The translations under genes were made by a program, and so were the position numbers. Shown in pieces: positions 12,039 through 21,614 of a DNA stretch of 64,000 nt (position 1 is its first letter; the number at the start of each line of letters is the position of its first letter). Source of the DNA: Chloropicon primus (lineage: Eukaryota); the NCBI GenBank assembly GCA_023205875.1, contig CP060762.1, positions 310,001 through 374,000 on the forward strand, given 5' to 3'. Below the pieces are notes generated by a model that saw only the letters and a program-made list of their open reading frames with translations, was not told where the DNA came from and ran no database searches.

Positions 12039-13147
12039 CTCGAATCAGCCAGCAGGACGGACACAATGAAGAGCCGTCTTCCGAGGCTGTGAAGGTCGCA
12101 CCTTCCTGGTTCCGTCCCAGGATGACCCAAAGATCCCACCTTTTGTGTCCCGAACAAGGTCAGAGGTCCGCCGCCTTGCGTGCTCACACTCTGCTCCCCA
12201 ATCAGCCAAGGTCCTGCCTTTGGGATGGGAAGGTTTTGCTTCTGAGGCGCCGATGCTCAAACCTGCTCGTCTGCGTCAGGACTGTGGCTCCAAAGTTGTC
12301 GTCCACAGGCCAGGCACCCAACGATGTAACGATGGCAATGATGGCAATGATGCAAGGGAACCCTGCAGCGCTGTGGCAAAGCACTCACTCTTGCAGCACC
12401 AGGTGTCGGTGCTTCCCCCAGCTTCTCCCCAGCTGTTTGAATTCGATTCAAACAATGAGGAAGGGAACTCCTCGGTTTCCTCCACCAACACAATTGCGAG
12501 CCTATCCCTACTTTTGCCTTCCCTTACCGAAGAAAGGAGAAGTATAGACACAATAATGGTAATGGACCCAGAGAAGAAGATGGAAGAAGCGATGCAAACC
12601 CAAGGGACAGAGTTGTGGCTTGAGTGGAGTTGTGGCTTGAGTTGTCATGATTCCCTTGTCTTTGTTGTGTTGTCCCTTTGCTCTCTCTCTTCCTCTTCTC
12701 TGTCTCTCTCTCTCTCTGTTGTCGAGAAGGAAGCTGCCTCTTGATTTTGTCGATCGGCATTGCAATAATTATTTCTTTATTTACTTTCGACCAACGAGTG
12801 GCCAAGGTGGAGGCTGGCTAAGGGACAACTCGAACGATTGGATCGGACGATTAGGCGTTGCTCTCTTGCGTGAACCGACGTGTAGGAACCGACGCCCTGG
12901 TTCGGCTCCTTGATCCGTTTTGCTTGAGCATCGTGTTCCTTTTACCGCCCTTGAGGCCCTCACGGAAGCGCTTGCTTGGGTTTCGCCTTGGGGTTTGGGC
13001 TGAAGGCAAGCTCGAAGGGAATGGTCCCCTTATCTTTGGACTGATCTGGTTCAAGTTTAGTTATGATGTTGGGAACGTAGGGCAAAGGGGAGAGGACTCA
13101 GCTGAAGGATCGGCTGTCAAGTACTTATTTGATTGTGGGAGTTAGAC

Positions 13148-14302
13148 ATGGACGTTCTGAGGTCGTGCTGCGGTGCACCTGAAGGGTCTAGGTACAAGGC
13201 AAAGGCGGAGAGCCAGGGTTTAGAGGACCGCCCCGTGGTGGCCAACCCTTGGCACGTCAATGTTGGCGTGTTTGGCCCAAACAATTCGGGAAAGAACACC
13301 TTCCTGAAGCAAGTGATGTACACGACAAACGCGATGACGCCTCGCTTGGCCGGCGCTTTGGTGTTCCACGCCAGGAAGCACTGGGTCAGCGAGGTGGTGA
13401 ACCGCCTGAGAGCATTGGAGGACTTTGGAGAAAAGAAGAAAGTCAAGAAGTTTGCCAAGGAGGTCAAAGCGATGAACGAGCTCAAGAGGAGGCTTGAGAG
13501 TCATACGAAGGAGCCTTACGATAAGGCCACGAAGATGATATCCACGTATCACTCTCGTTTATTCAAGCTGTTGGACGGCATCAGGGGTGACATCTTTGAA
13601 CGCGAGGACGAGTACCTGCAGTGCAGGAGTGCCTTCTCCCTGGACCCTCGGCCACCTCCGCTCCAGCTCACCTTCAAGTTCAAGCACAACATCCATCCGA
13701 CCAACTTCAGTCCGGTGGATTACAAGACAGAGAACTTCCAGTTCAAGTTCTTTCACTCGTACTACAATTCCTTGACGGAGCAGATGGAGGTGGAGGACCT
13801 TGGGAGGGAGCTCGACATGATGATCCTCCTCTTCTCTGCGGCGGACGTGATCGAGGAGGGGAAGTTCGAGGAGTCCGTGAGAAACCACAAGTGGATCCTG
13901 GACATTGCCCTGAACGAGTACGGGCCGACCACGATCATCGTCCTGTCGAACATCGACGTGCTAGACGACTTTTGTACCAAGAATAACTTGAGTATCTCGA
14001 AAGAGTTAGAAAAGGCCACGGACTTTCTCGCCGAGGAGTTCAACGACATCAGCGAGAACTTGCCGAAGACGCCGCACATCGAAGCGATGGACCTCACCAA
14101 AGGAAAGTTCTTTTACAGGATTCTCAAGACCATCAACTCCGCTATGGTGGAGGAGGTCGAAGGGATGCCGCTCAAGCAGTACAAGGAGCAGAGGAAGAAG
14201 AACTACCTCAAATCGGTTTACAGCATCGGCGGACGGAGGGGAAGCCAGGTGACGATGTCCAGCGAGTTGGTCAGGGCGAGCTTCGAGGGGGACTTCAATT
14301 GA
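13148..14302 (+). CDS. Divergent heterotrimeric G-protein alpha-like protein
   Basis: N-terminal Cys pair (SCCG), P-loop GPNNSGKNTFLKQ, helical insert, EYLQCR, FQFKFF, MILLFSAAD, TIIVLSNID; TGTAA at 14347-14351. Confidence 0.68.
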   Translation: MDVLRSCCGAPEGSRYKAKAESQGLEDRPVVANPWHVNVGVFGPNNSGKNTFLKQVMYTTNAMTPRLAGALVFHARKHWVSEVVNRLRALEDFGEKKKVKKFAKEVKAMNELKRRLESHTKEPYDKATKMISTYHSRLFKLLDGIRGDIFEREDEYLQCRSAFSLDPRPPPLQLTFKFKHNIHPTNFSPVDYKTENFQFKFFHSYYNSLTEQMEVEDLGRELDMMILLFSAADVIEEGKFEESVRNHKWILDIALNEYGPTTIIVLSNIDVLDDFCTKNNLSISKELEKATDFLAEEFNDISENLPKTPHIEAMDLTKGKFFYRILKTINSAMVEEVEGMPLKQYKEQRKKNYLKSVYSIGGRRGSQVTMSSELVRASFEGDFN

Positions 14303-15186
14303 CCCTGGGAAGAAAAATATAGTGAGCTTTTGTAGAGAAGAAGAGTTGTAAAAATGGATCGATTAGAAAGTGCCCTGCAACGAAAAAAGGCCACCATTGC
14401 CGTTGTCATCATCCTCGTCGTCATCGTACTCTCTTGCTTCCTCCTCTCTTTCATCGCCAGGTGGTGATGCATCCCCAAGGTCTCCGTTTTCGATGGGTGG
14501 TATGTGACACAGAGACAGAGACAGAGAGAGAGACAGAGAGACAGACAGACAGAGTTCGGGCATCGACATTCACGCACAATCCCTTCCCCCCCTGGTGCGC
14601 CACCATTGCCATCCTCCTCCATCGGTTACCCTTGAGCTCCAACACGCGGCCTTTTCGTCTCCTTTTTCTCGTTTTCGGAGACCAGCAGGCTACGAGAGAG
14701 AGAGAGCGACGACGACGAGGACGACGAGGACGACGACAACGACGAGGACGAGGACGAGGAGGCGTAGCAGCGTAGCACCCTGGAGAGCGGAAGGTAGCGG
14801 CGCAACCGAAGCACCGCCAAGGCTTTACGTTTCGGCGTGAAGGAGACAGAGACAGAGGGAGACAGAGAGAGAGAGAGACAGAGAGGAGGTCTTGGTTTTG
14901 GTTTTTGGCATTGGCACTGCGTGAGGTTTGAGACGGACGGGAGGGAAAGTAACGCAAGGAGCGGAGGGGAAGAGAGAACCGGCGGCGCAAGGCGAGGACC
15001 ACGAAGGAAAGGGAAGGGAAGGGGGTGAAGCTAAAGGCGAAGCTCGAAGCATTGTTCTAAGAAAAAACCATCGGATCGGATTGGTGCGTGAGGTGGTTGG
15101 TTAGATTCTGATTATCGCGCGGAGCAGACGGACAGAAGTGAGGCAGCGGTGGTCTAGTAGTGTTTTTTTTTCGTTCGGAAGAGACG

Positions 15187-15864
15187 ATGAGCTTTCTGAA
15201 TATTTTTGGAAAGAAGAAGACTCCGAAGGAGATCCTTCGTGAGAACAAGCGTCAGATCGACAGAGCGATTCGAGACATCGACAGGGAACGCATGAGCCTC
15301 CAGAGCCAAGAGAAGAAGCTGATCGTGGAGATGAAGAAGATGGCCAAGGGGAACCAGAACGAGGCGGTCAAGGTGATGGCGAAGAGTCTCATTCGCATGA
15401 GGCACAACATAACCAAGTACTACACGGTTAAGTCTCAGCTCCAGGCCGTCTCCATGCGCATGCAGACTCTCAAGGCGACTCAGTCCATGGCGGATGCCAT
15501 GAAGGGCGTGACCAAGGCTCTCACGGGCATGAACGGGCAGCTCAGCCTTCCCGAGATTCAGAAGACTTTGCGGGAGTTCGAGCGACAGAACGAGAAGATG
15601 GATATGACCTCCGAGATCATGAACGACGCCATGGACGACGCCTTTGAGGAGGAGGGGGAGACCGAGGAGACGGAGGAGTTGGTGCAGCAGGTTTTCGACG
15701 AGATTGGAATCAATCTGAACACTCAGCTCGCGAGCGTCCCCGCGACCCAGGTGCAGCAGCCTCAAGCCCAACAGCAGGAGCCACAGGCCGCTCAGGCTGA
15801 GCCCATTGGAGACGGAATCGACGAGGACTTGCAAGCGAGACTGAAGAACCTTCGAGGCAACTGA
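15187..15864 (+). CDS. VPS2: ESCRT-III subunit VPS2/CHMP2 (Snf7 family)
   Basis: FGKKKTPKEILRENKR..AIRDIDRER; C-terminal MIM DEDLQARLKNLR. Confidence 0.93.
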   Translation: MSFLNIFGKKKTPKEILRENKRQIDRAIRDIDRERMSLQSQEKKLIVEMKKMAKGNQNEAVKVMAKSLIRMRHNITKYYTVKSQLQAVSMRMQTLKATQSMADAMKGVTKALTGMNGQLSLPEIQKTLREFERQNEKMDMTSEIMNDAMDDAFEEEGETEETEELVQQVFDEIGINLNTQLASVPATQVQQPQAQQQEPQAAQAEPIGDGIDEDLQARLKNLRGN

Positions 15865-16433
15865 TAGGGTGTCCGGTGTCTGGCACGGCTCTGTGCCCCA
15901 CACGCTGTACACTAACCACATAATCTGTAATCGATATATATCCTCTTGCTCAACACTTTTCTAGTCCTCGTCCTTGCCTCCGTCTCTCCCTTTGCGCAGG
16001 GAAAGGGAAAGGGAAAGGGGTAGGGACCAGCTCAGGGACAATCGCGTAGACGCATCACATCCTTGTGCCTCGTTCTATCATCCATCCACACACCAACCAA
16101 ACAAACACACAAACACACAAATAATATTTGGTACAAGGAAACAAACTTGACGTTTTCGCCAAGGCAAGGCCACCAAGCACCAGGCCGTGGACAGGTCGCT
16201 CACGCAATCCATGCTGACCTTCAGCATCCTATGAATCAATCCATGGCTGACCTTCAGCACCTTCGCATCAGCCAGGATCCACCTCTGAGGAAACCTCCTC
16301 ATCTGGCGGGAGCAAACAGCAAAGGAGAGCGAGAGCGAGCGAGGAGGCAAGTGAGAGGAAGGGACCTCACGCGGAAGGAGGAGGAGGCAAGTGGAAGAGA
16401 AAGGGACCTTGGCGCTGAATAGGCGAGCTTGGT

Positions 16434-16495
16434 GTTCACCTTCACCTTCACCTTCACCTTCACCTTCACCTTCACCTTCACCTTCACCTTCACCT
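16434..16495. repeat. (TTCACC)n microsatellite, ~10 copies, just upstream of the IBTK-like gene
   Basis: Direct reading. Confidence 0.95.
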
Positions 16496-16520
16496 GCGCC
16501 CTCCTTATGTAGGGAACGAG

Positions 16521-19500
16521 ATGGTTGCAGCGAATCCCAAGGTACTCAAGCAAGAAGCGCGTGAGAGAAAACAGAGGGTTTCGGATCATTTGGTCGAGTT
16601 CATCATCCATGCCGGCGAGGGTGAGGATGCCAGGAAGCAAGTCGAGAGAGTCCTGTCCTCCCAGTCGTCCTCGTCGCCGCACTCGATGCCTTCGATGGGA
16701 GAGGAAATCCGGGAAGCACTGAACACGTTGAGTCGTAATGGGACCACCGCGCTGCACTGTGCCGTCTGGAAGAATGACATCGAGTTGGTCGACCTGCTGC
16801 TGAGCCACGGCGCGAATCCTGACGTCCAGGATAGGGAATCGGGCTGGACGGCGCTCCATCGAGCATGCTACTTCGGTCATCTGATCCTCGTGGTTCGGCT
16901 GCTGAAGGCGAAGGCCAAGGTGAACCTGGAGGACAGGAAGGGGAGGACGGCGTTTGATTTGCTTTCTCACGAGGTGACGCCGCTCATTGAGACGACAGAG
17001 GGGGGAGAGGTGTTCTCCTGGGGCATGGGGACAAACTTCCAGCTCGGGACTGGCTGTATGTATGAGCAAAACATGCCTACCCCCGTGACGGCGTTCTGCC
17101 TGGGCGACGACAAGGAGGAGGACTCAAGCCAAGAGAGGGTCTCTCAGGTGTCTTGTGCAAAATATCACAGCTGCGCTGTGACGACTTCGGGTCAGTTGTA
17201 CACGTTTGGCTTTGGTAGAGGGGGAAGGCTGGGCCACGAAGACTCTCATGTTCACAGCGGGATGCATGCTGTTCTCGAGCCGAGGGTCGTGAGAAGTCTC
17301 CTGAAGGTCAAGGTGACCATGGTGGCAGCGGCGAAGCACCACACGGTGTGCCTCGCGGCGGGAGACGTGTACACATGGGGCTCAAACAAGGATTTCAGGT
17401 TGGGGTATACTGGTGTGGACTCTCAGCCGACGCCGAGAAGGGTGGCCTCGATAAAAGCTAATGTGCTCTCGATCACGGCGGCGAACAAGCACTCGGGGGC
17501 AGTGACTTCCTCGGGAGACCTCTTGACGTGGGGATCCAACCACAAGGGCCAGCTGGGGTACGGGACCACCGAGTCAGCTTCGAATGCGACGCCTAGGATT
17601 GTCGAGGCCCTGAAGTCTGGAGTGACGAAAGCAAGCGCTTCTAAGAATCACACCATTGTCCTGCTGAGAGACGGAGAGGTTTGGACGTTTGGTCACAAGA
17701 TCACAACTCCTCAGAAAGTTGCCTTCAACTCCGTCCTGCCAAATCGCAGCAGTGGGGAGAAGAGGATCGAGTTCCACGACGATCACCTGGCCATCTTCAG
17801 GCCACACATGGTCGAGGTTGCAGCCGGTACGGCGCATTCCACAGCGATCAGCAGTCTTGGTGTCGTGTACGTCTGGAACTCATTCGACCCGAGTCTAACC
17901 GCTTGGCAAGTGAGAATCCCTGGCGTCGCGTTGTCGGCGTCGTCGGCCAAGGAGATGACTTGCGTCTGTACAGAATGCGGAAACGTGTACGCTTTCGAGG
18001 GAAAAGCGAGGTGCCAGAGGGAGTACGAAAAGTCGGTTGACGTCAGCAGGGTTCGAATCAGAAGAGCCTCTGGGGTCGCCGTTGGGGAAAAGCATTCTCT
18101 TGCGATTCAGAAAATCTGGTATCCACCTCTGATTCAGAGCTCCGATCGGCGCGAGGAGGTATCTGTTGTCGCGGCGGAGTGGGAGTGCCAGGGATTTGCG
18201 GACGACGAGTTGAATCTCGCTTGGAGCAAGATGGATCTTACGGGGATCCCTGTGCCCAGCGCAATAGAGAGATCCGACGAGGAAGAGGAAGGGGACGAGA
18301 AAAAGCCAGTCTTCATACCATCGCTGCACGAGATGTGCCAATCGAAGATAGCGGAGAGCTGCGTCAACACCAGGGTGCTTTGCTCCTTGATAGAGTTCGC
18401 GGAGATGTACAGGGCATTTGGTTTGAAGGCTTTCTGTTCCAAGATGATGATCGCCAACCTTGACGTCGTGGCCGCGGTTCGAGGGTCGCTCCAGTCTCAC
18501 ATCTCTTTCGAGGAAGTATTGAGCCTGGAGAACATTTTGCCCCAAGCGCGTATTTCAGAAACCAAGGGCAAGGTCTTGCAGCTCGATTTGGGCGCAGAAT
18601 CTCGCAGGGCAGGGCACCTCGTGAGGAGGTTGTACCAGCGCTCGACGACGTCCAGAATTGCTCCCGCATTTGGTGGGGAAGCGATGGAGTTGGCGGACCC
18701 GATTTTGTCCATCTACAAGAAGAAGAAAAAGAAGAAGAAGAGAAGGAATGAGAAGGACCACGCTCAAGAGACTTCCGTGGCTTCCCCGATTGTCTGGGCA
18801 GATCTGGAGGATGACGACTTTGTTGTCGAGGCTCCGCCGACTCCCCCTGCCCCTGCCCCGGCGCCAGTCCCCGCCCCCACCCCGGTCCCAGCTGTGAGCA
18901 AGGGAAAGCCAAAGTTGAGGAAAGGCTTGCTGCGGGAGTTCCTGGAGGGTGGCCTGGAAAGCAAAACATCCAAGAAGCCCAACCTCATGCCAGATGAGAA
19001 GTACAATTACACAAAATGGAAACTGGAGAAGGAGTGCGACTTCCCTTCCCTGGCCGCCGGGCCAAGCAGCAGGAAGGGAAAGGCAAGAAGTGCGCCGAAG
19101 AGCACGAGCTTATCGTCCATCATGGCGGAGGAGCAGAAGAAGCAGAGGGAGGAGCTCAGCAGGCAGAGCCTCGAGAAAAACTTTTTCGGCTTTGGTGGCT
19201 GGTCCCCAAGCCAGTCGGAGCTCCCAGACTTCAAGCGGATTCAGCAAGAGCAGCTTGATCTTTGGAAAGCCACTAAAAACAGTCTGGAGGACGTTGGCGG
19301 GTCTCCCTCAGGCTGGCTGATCGAGGACAAGCCTCTCCCGAACTTTCAGGCGATCTTAGACGAGGAGTCGACCCAGGAGCAGCAGCAAGTGAAGGGTCCA
19401 TCGACACCGGGGGCTTTGGAGACCCCTGCTTCGACGAAGAAGAAAAGGAGGCGCCCAAGGAAGAAGAAGAATGCTGTGGGCGACGACGCGGCCGAGTCGT

Positions 19501-19691
19501 TTCCCGGCCCGGGTGGAAACCCCAAAGGCTCCCCCAAGCAGGGGAAGGACAAGGGAAACAAGAAGGACAAGGGAAGCAAGCCAAGGAAGAAAAGCAATGG
19601 AAAGAAAGATCCTCAGCTCCGCAGTAAAACGAAAGTTAAGGCAGCGCAAACCGCAAACGGCAGCAACAATCGCGCCACTGCTTGCGCCTGA
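16521..19691 (+). CDS. Ankyrin + RCC1-repeat protein, IBTK-like, with Lys-rich disordered C-terminus
   Basis: GTTALHCAV and ESGWTALHRACYFG ankyrin repeats; VFSWGMGTNFQLG, LYTFGFGRGGRLG, VYTWGSN RCC1 repeats. Confidence 0.88.
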   Translation: MVAANPKVLKQEARERKQRVSDHLVEFIIHAGEGEDARKQVERVLSSQSSSSPHSMPSMGEEIREALNTLSRNGTTALHCAVWKNDIELVDLLLSHGANPDVQDRESGWTALHRACYFGHLILVVRLLKAKAKVNLEDRKGRTAFDLLSHEVTPLIETTEGGEVFSWGMGTNFQLGTGCMYEQNMPTPVTAFCLGDDKEEDSSQERVSQVSCAKYHSCAVTTSGQLYTFGFGRGGRLGHEDSHVHSGMHAVLEPRVVRSLLKVKVTMVAAAKHHTVCLAAGDVYTWGSNKDFRLGYTGVDSQPTPRRVASIKANVLSITAANKHSGAVTSSGDLLTWGSNHKGQLGYGTTESASNATPRIVEALKSGVTKASASKNHTIVLLRDGEVWTFGHKITTPQKVAFNSVLPNRSSGEKRIEFHDDHLAIFRPHMVEVAAGTAHSTAISSLGVVYVWNSFDPSLTAWQVRIPGVALSASSAKEMTCVCTECGNVYAFEGKARCQREYEKSVDVSRVRIRRASGVAVGEKHSLAIQKIWYPPLIQSSDRREEVSVVAAEWECQGFADDELNLAWSKMDLTGIPVPSAIERSDEEEEGDEKKPVFIPSLHEMCQSKIAESCVNTRVLCSLIEFAEMYRAFGLKAFCSKMMIANLDVVAAVRGSLQSHISFEEVLSLENILPQARISETKGKVLQLDLGAESRRAGHLVRRLYQRSTTSRIAPAFGGEAMELADPILSIYKKKKKKKKRRNEKDHAQETSVASPIVWADLEDDDFVVEAPPTPPAPAPAPVPAPTPVPAVSKGKPKLRKGLLREFLEGGLESKTSKKPNLMPDEKYNYTKWKLEKECDFPSLAAGPSSRKGKARSAPKSTSLSSIMAEEQKKQREELSRQSLEKNFFGFGGWSPSQSELPDFKRIQQEQLDLWKATKNSLEDVGGSPSGWLIEDKPLPNFQAILDEESTQEQQQVKGPSTPGALETPASTKKKRRRPRKKKNAVGDDAAESFPGPGGNPKGSPKQGKDKGNKKDKGSKPRKKSNGKKDPQLRSKTKVKAAQTANGSNNRATACA

Positions 19692-19940
19692 CCTCCTGTA
19701 CTCTAGAATTCATCACCATCATCATCATCACTCATTCTCTCTCTCTCTCTCTCTTTCTGGGGAGTGAGTGGGCCACGAGAATGAAAGGGACAACTCAAGA
19801 GAGGAGGAGAAAGGACGCACATCCCTGTGCCACATTGTCTTGTTCCCTCCGTGATCCATCTACACCTACACTCCCCTGGGCTTTGCCCTCTCCAGCTGTC
19901 GGCTGTTGGATTGATTTCATCGTTTCAAAGCAAAATCGGC

Positions 19941-21575
19941 ATGGCGTCCATGACGATCGAAGCGATGGGATGGTGGCGGTTCGCCGGGGCGGCCGCGGCC
20001 ACGCTGGCCATCGCGCTGTCCACCTCCGCCTTGCGTATCGCTTTGAAAATTTGCCTCCTTCCTCTTCCAGGTTGGCGCGCTTGTCTCGAGGATCTCTTTT
20101 CTGTGTCCGTTTTGACCATGATCCCAAGCCTATTGCTCCTCGTTCTCATCTATTGGTCCTTCCTGGGAGCGAGGGGGAGGTCGAAGAATGCGGCAAGCGT
20201 TCACGCTGCGGTGCTCCTCGGGTGTTTGCTGCTCCCGCTCCGCGCATCGACGGAGGAGAGTGACGCAGCGGGTTGCACTGCATGTGCCTTCTTCCTTGTC
20301 TGGGTTGTGCTACGAAACCAGTTTGGTCAAGCTCCGCCTCAGTTTCCTGCGATCGAGGGAAGGACGAGGTACTTCAGGATGAAGGGCAGGCTAATGGTTG
20401 CTCTGATGGACACTCTGAGGACCACGGCCTTGGCAAGCTTCGCTTTGATCACGACGAGGGCGCTGGTCTGGTTGGCCTCTGCTCTGCTTGGCTCCCAGTA
20501 CCTGGAGTCCGGAGGCCTTGCCAGTTTGGTCGATCTGAAGCCCTTGGTCAGGCCCATGATGCTCCAAGGGTGCTGGCTCATGCACTGCGCACTGCACGTG
20601 ACGGAGGTCGTCGCAACGGAGCGGTTTCGGTACTGCAGGGCGAGCGACGGTCGAGGGGGTGTCTTGGGCATGGACGTTCTCATGGATAGAATGGGAAGCG
20701 GCCAGGGGAAAAGGAAGCGCGGCAAGGCGATAGAGAAAGAGCTTGCTTTCCTGGACGCTTGCCTGCTCGCGGAGAAGTCGAAGCATTGGAGAAGGGCGCT
20801 CTTCACGTACAACAAGGGGGAGTATTGGTATGGGCTGACCTCCATCATTTACGACGAGCTCACCATGTTGGAGAGGGAACTGATCGAGGCGTCCGCCAAG
20901 GGCACGAAAGTCAAGTCGAAGGGCACGAGGCCGGTGACGAGGTCCTCGATGGCCAAAGAAATGAGCCAGCAAAGGGCTTTTCTGACGTCCAAGAACGTGG
21001 ACTCCATCGCCGCCAGCATAAGGGACAACCAAGTCGTCTTCACTTGGAGCGTGAGAACGATCATGGCGCTGGCAAAGGCGTGCACCAAGGAAGATCCCCT
21101 TGGGGTCAGTCAGAGGCACTCGAAGAAACCCTCGTTGCAAGATATTCTGGTCACCACCGTTTCACTCTACATGCTTTTTACCAGCTTGGAGGTACAGCTA
21201 GCCCAACTTTCTGGCAAGCAGTCTGGCATGGTCCCCGCCTTCAACAAGGCAGCGCACAGAATTTTGGGGGTCAACGCGCTGGATGGCGACATGGAGACCA
21301 TTTATACAAACGTGTGGGCCATGACGGATGCCTTGAAGCTGGCTCTTTACGCCATCGTCAAGGCCTTCACTAGCGACCTTTATTCACTTCAGATGGAGAA
21401 CATCGCAAACACGTTGTTGAGGGCGAGCGAGAATTCCTCTGCCTTGAGGGATGACCCTTTCACGGAAAAGCTGCCTCTCTTCTACCCCCTGTGGTTAGAC
21501 GAGAGCCAGTTCGGGCACGGGGCGCCCTCCCAGCACGCGCACATTCTGAATCAGATTCTTTTGCACAATCTATGA
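19941..21575 (+). CDS. Transmembrane nucleoporin NDC1-like
   Basis: About six N-terminal TM segments, then AFLDACLLAE..WRRALF..YW and EDPLGVSQ..LQDIL segments typical of Ndc1. Confidence 0.68.
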   Translation: MASMTIEAMGWWRFAGAAAATLAIALSTSALRIALKICLLPLPGWRACLEDLFSVSVLTMIPSLLLLVLIYWSFLGARGRSKNAASVHAAVLLGCLLLPLRASTEESDAAGCTACAFFLVWVVLRNQFGQAPPQFPAIEGRTRYFRMKGRLMVALMDTLRTTALASFALITTRALVWLASALLGSQYLESGGLASLVDLKPLVRPMMLQGCWLMHCALHVTEVVATERFRYCRASDGRGGVLGMDVLMDRMGSGQGKRKRGKAIEKELAFLDACLLAEKSKHWRRALFTYNKGEYWYGLTSIIYDELTMLERELIEASAKGTKVKSKGTRPVTRSSMAKEMSQQRAFLTSKNVDSIAASIRDNQVVFTWSVRTIMALAKACTKEDPLGVSQRHSKKPSLQDILVTTVSLYMLFTSLEVQLAQLSGKQSGMVPAFNKAAHRILGVNALDGDMETIYTNVWAMTDALKLALYAIVKAFTSDLYSLQMENIANTLLRASENSSALRDDPFTEKLPLFYPLWLDESQFGHGAPSQHAHILNQILLHNL

Positions 21576-21614
21576 AGTACTCATTTATAAGACACAAACT
21601 GTAACTTTACTCGG

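Noticed and set aside
12145..12744. 199-aa plus-strand ORF in the CEP164-like/G-alpha-like spacer
   Set aside because: GTG start, low complexity, ends in a CT microsatellite; unsupported
16205..16260. ~22-bp direct repeat CAATCCATG(G)CTGACCTTCAGCA
   Set aside because: Two copies in a spacer; no evidence of function
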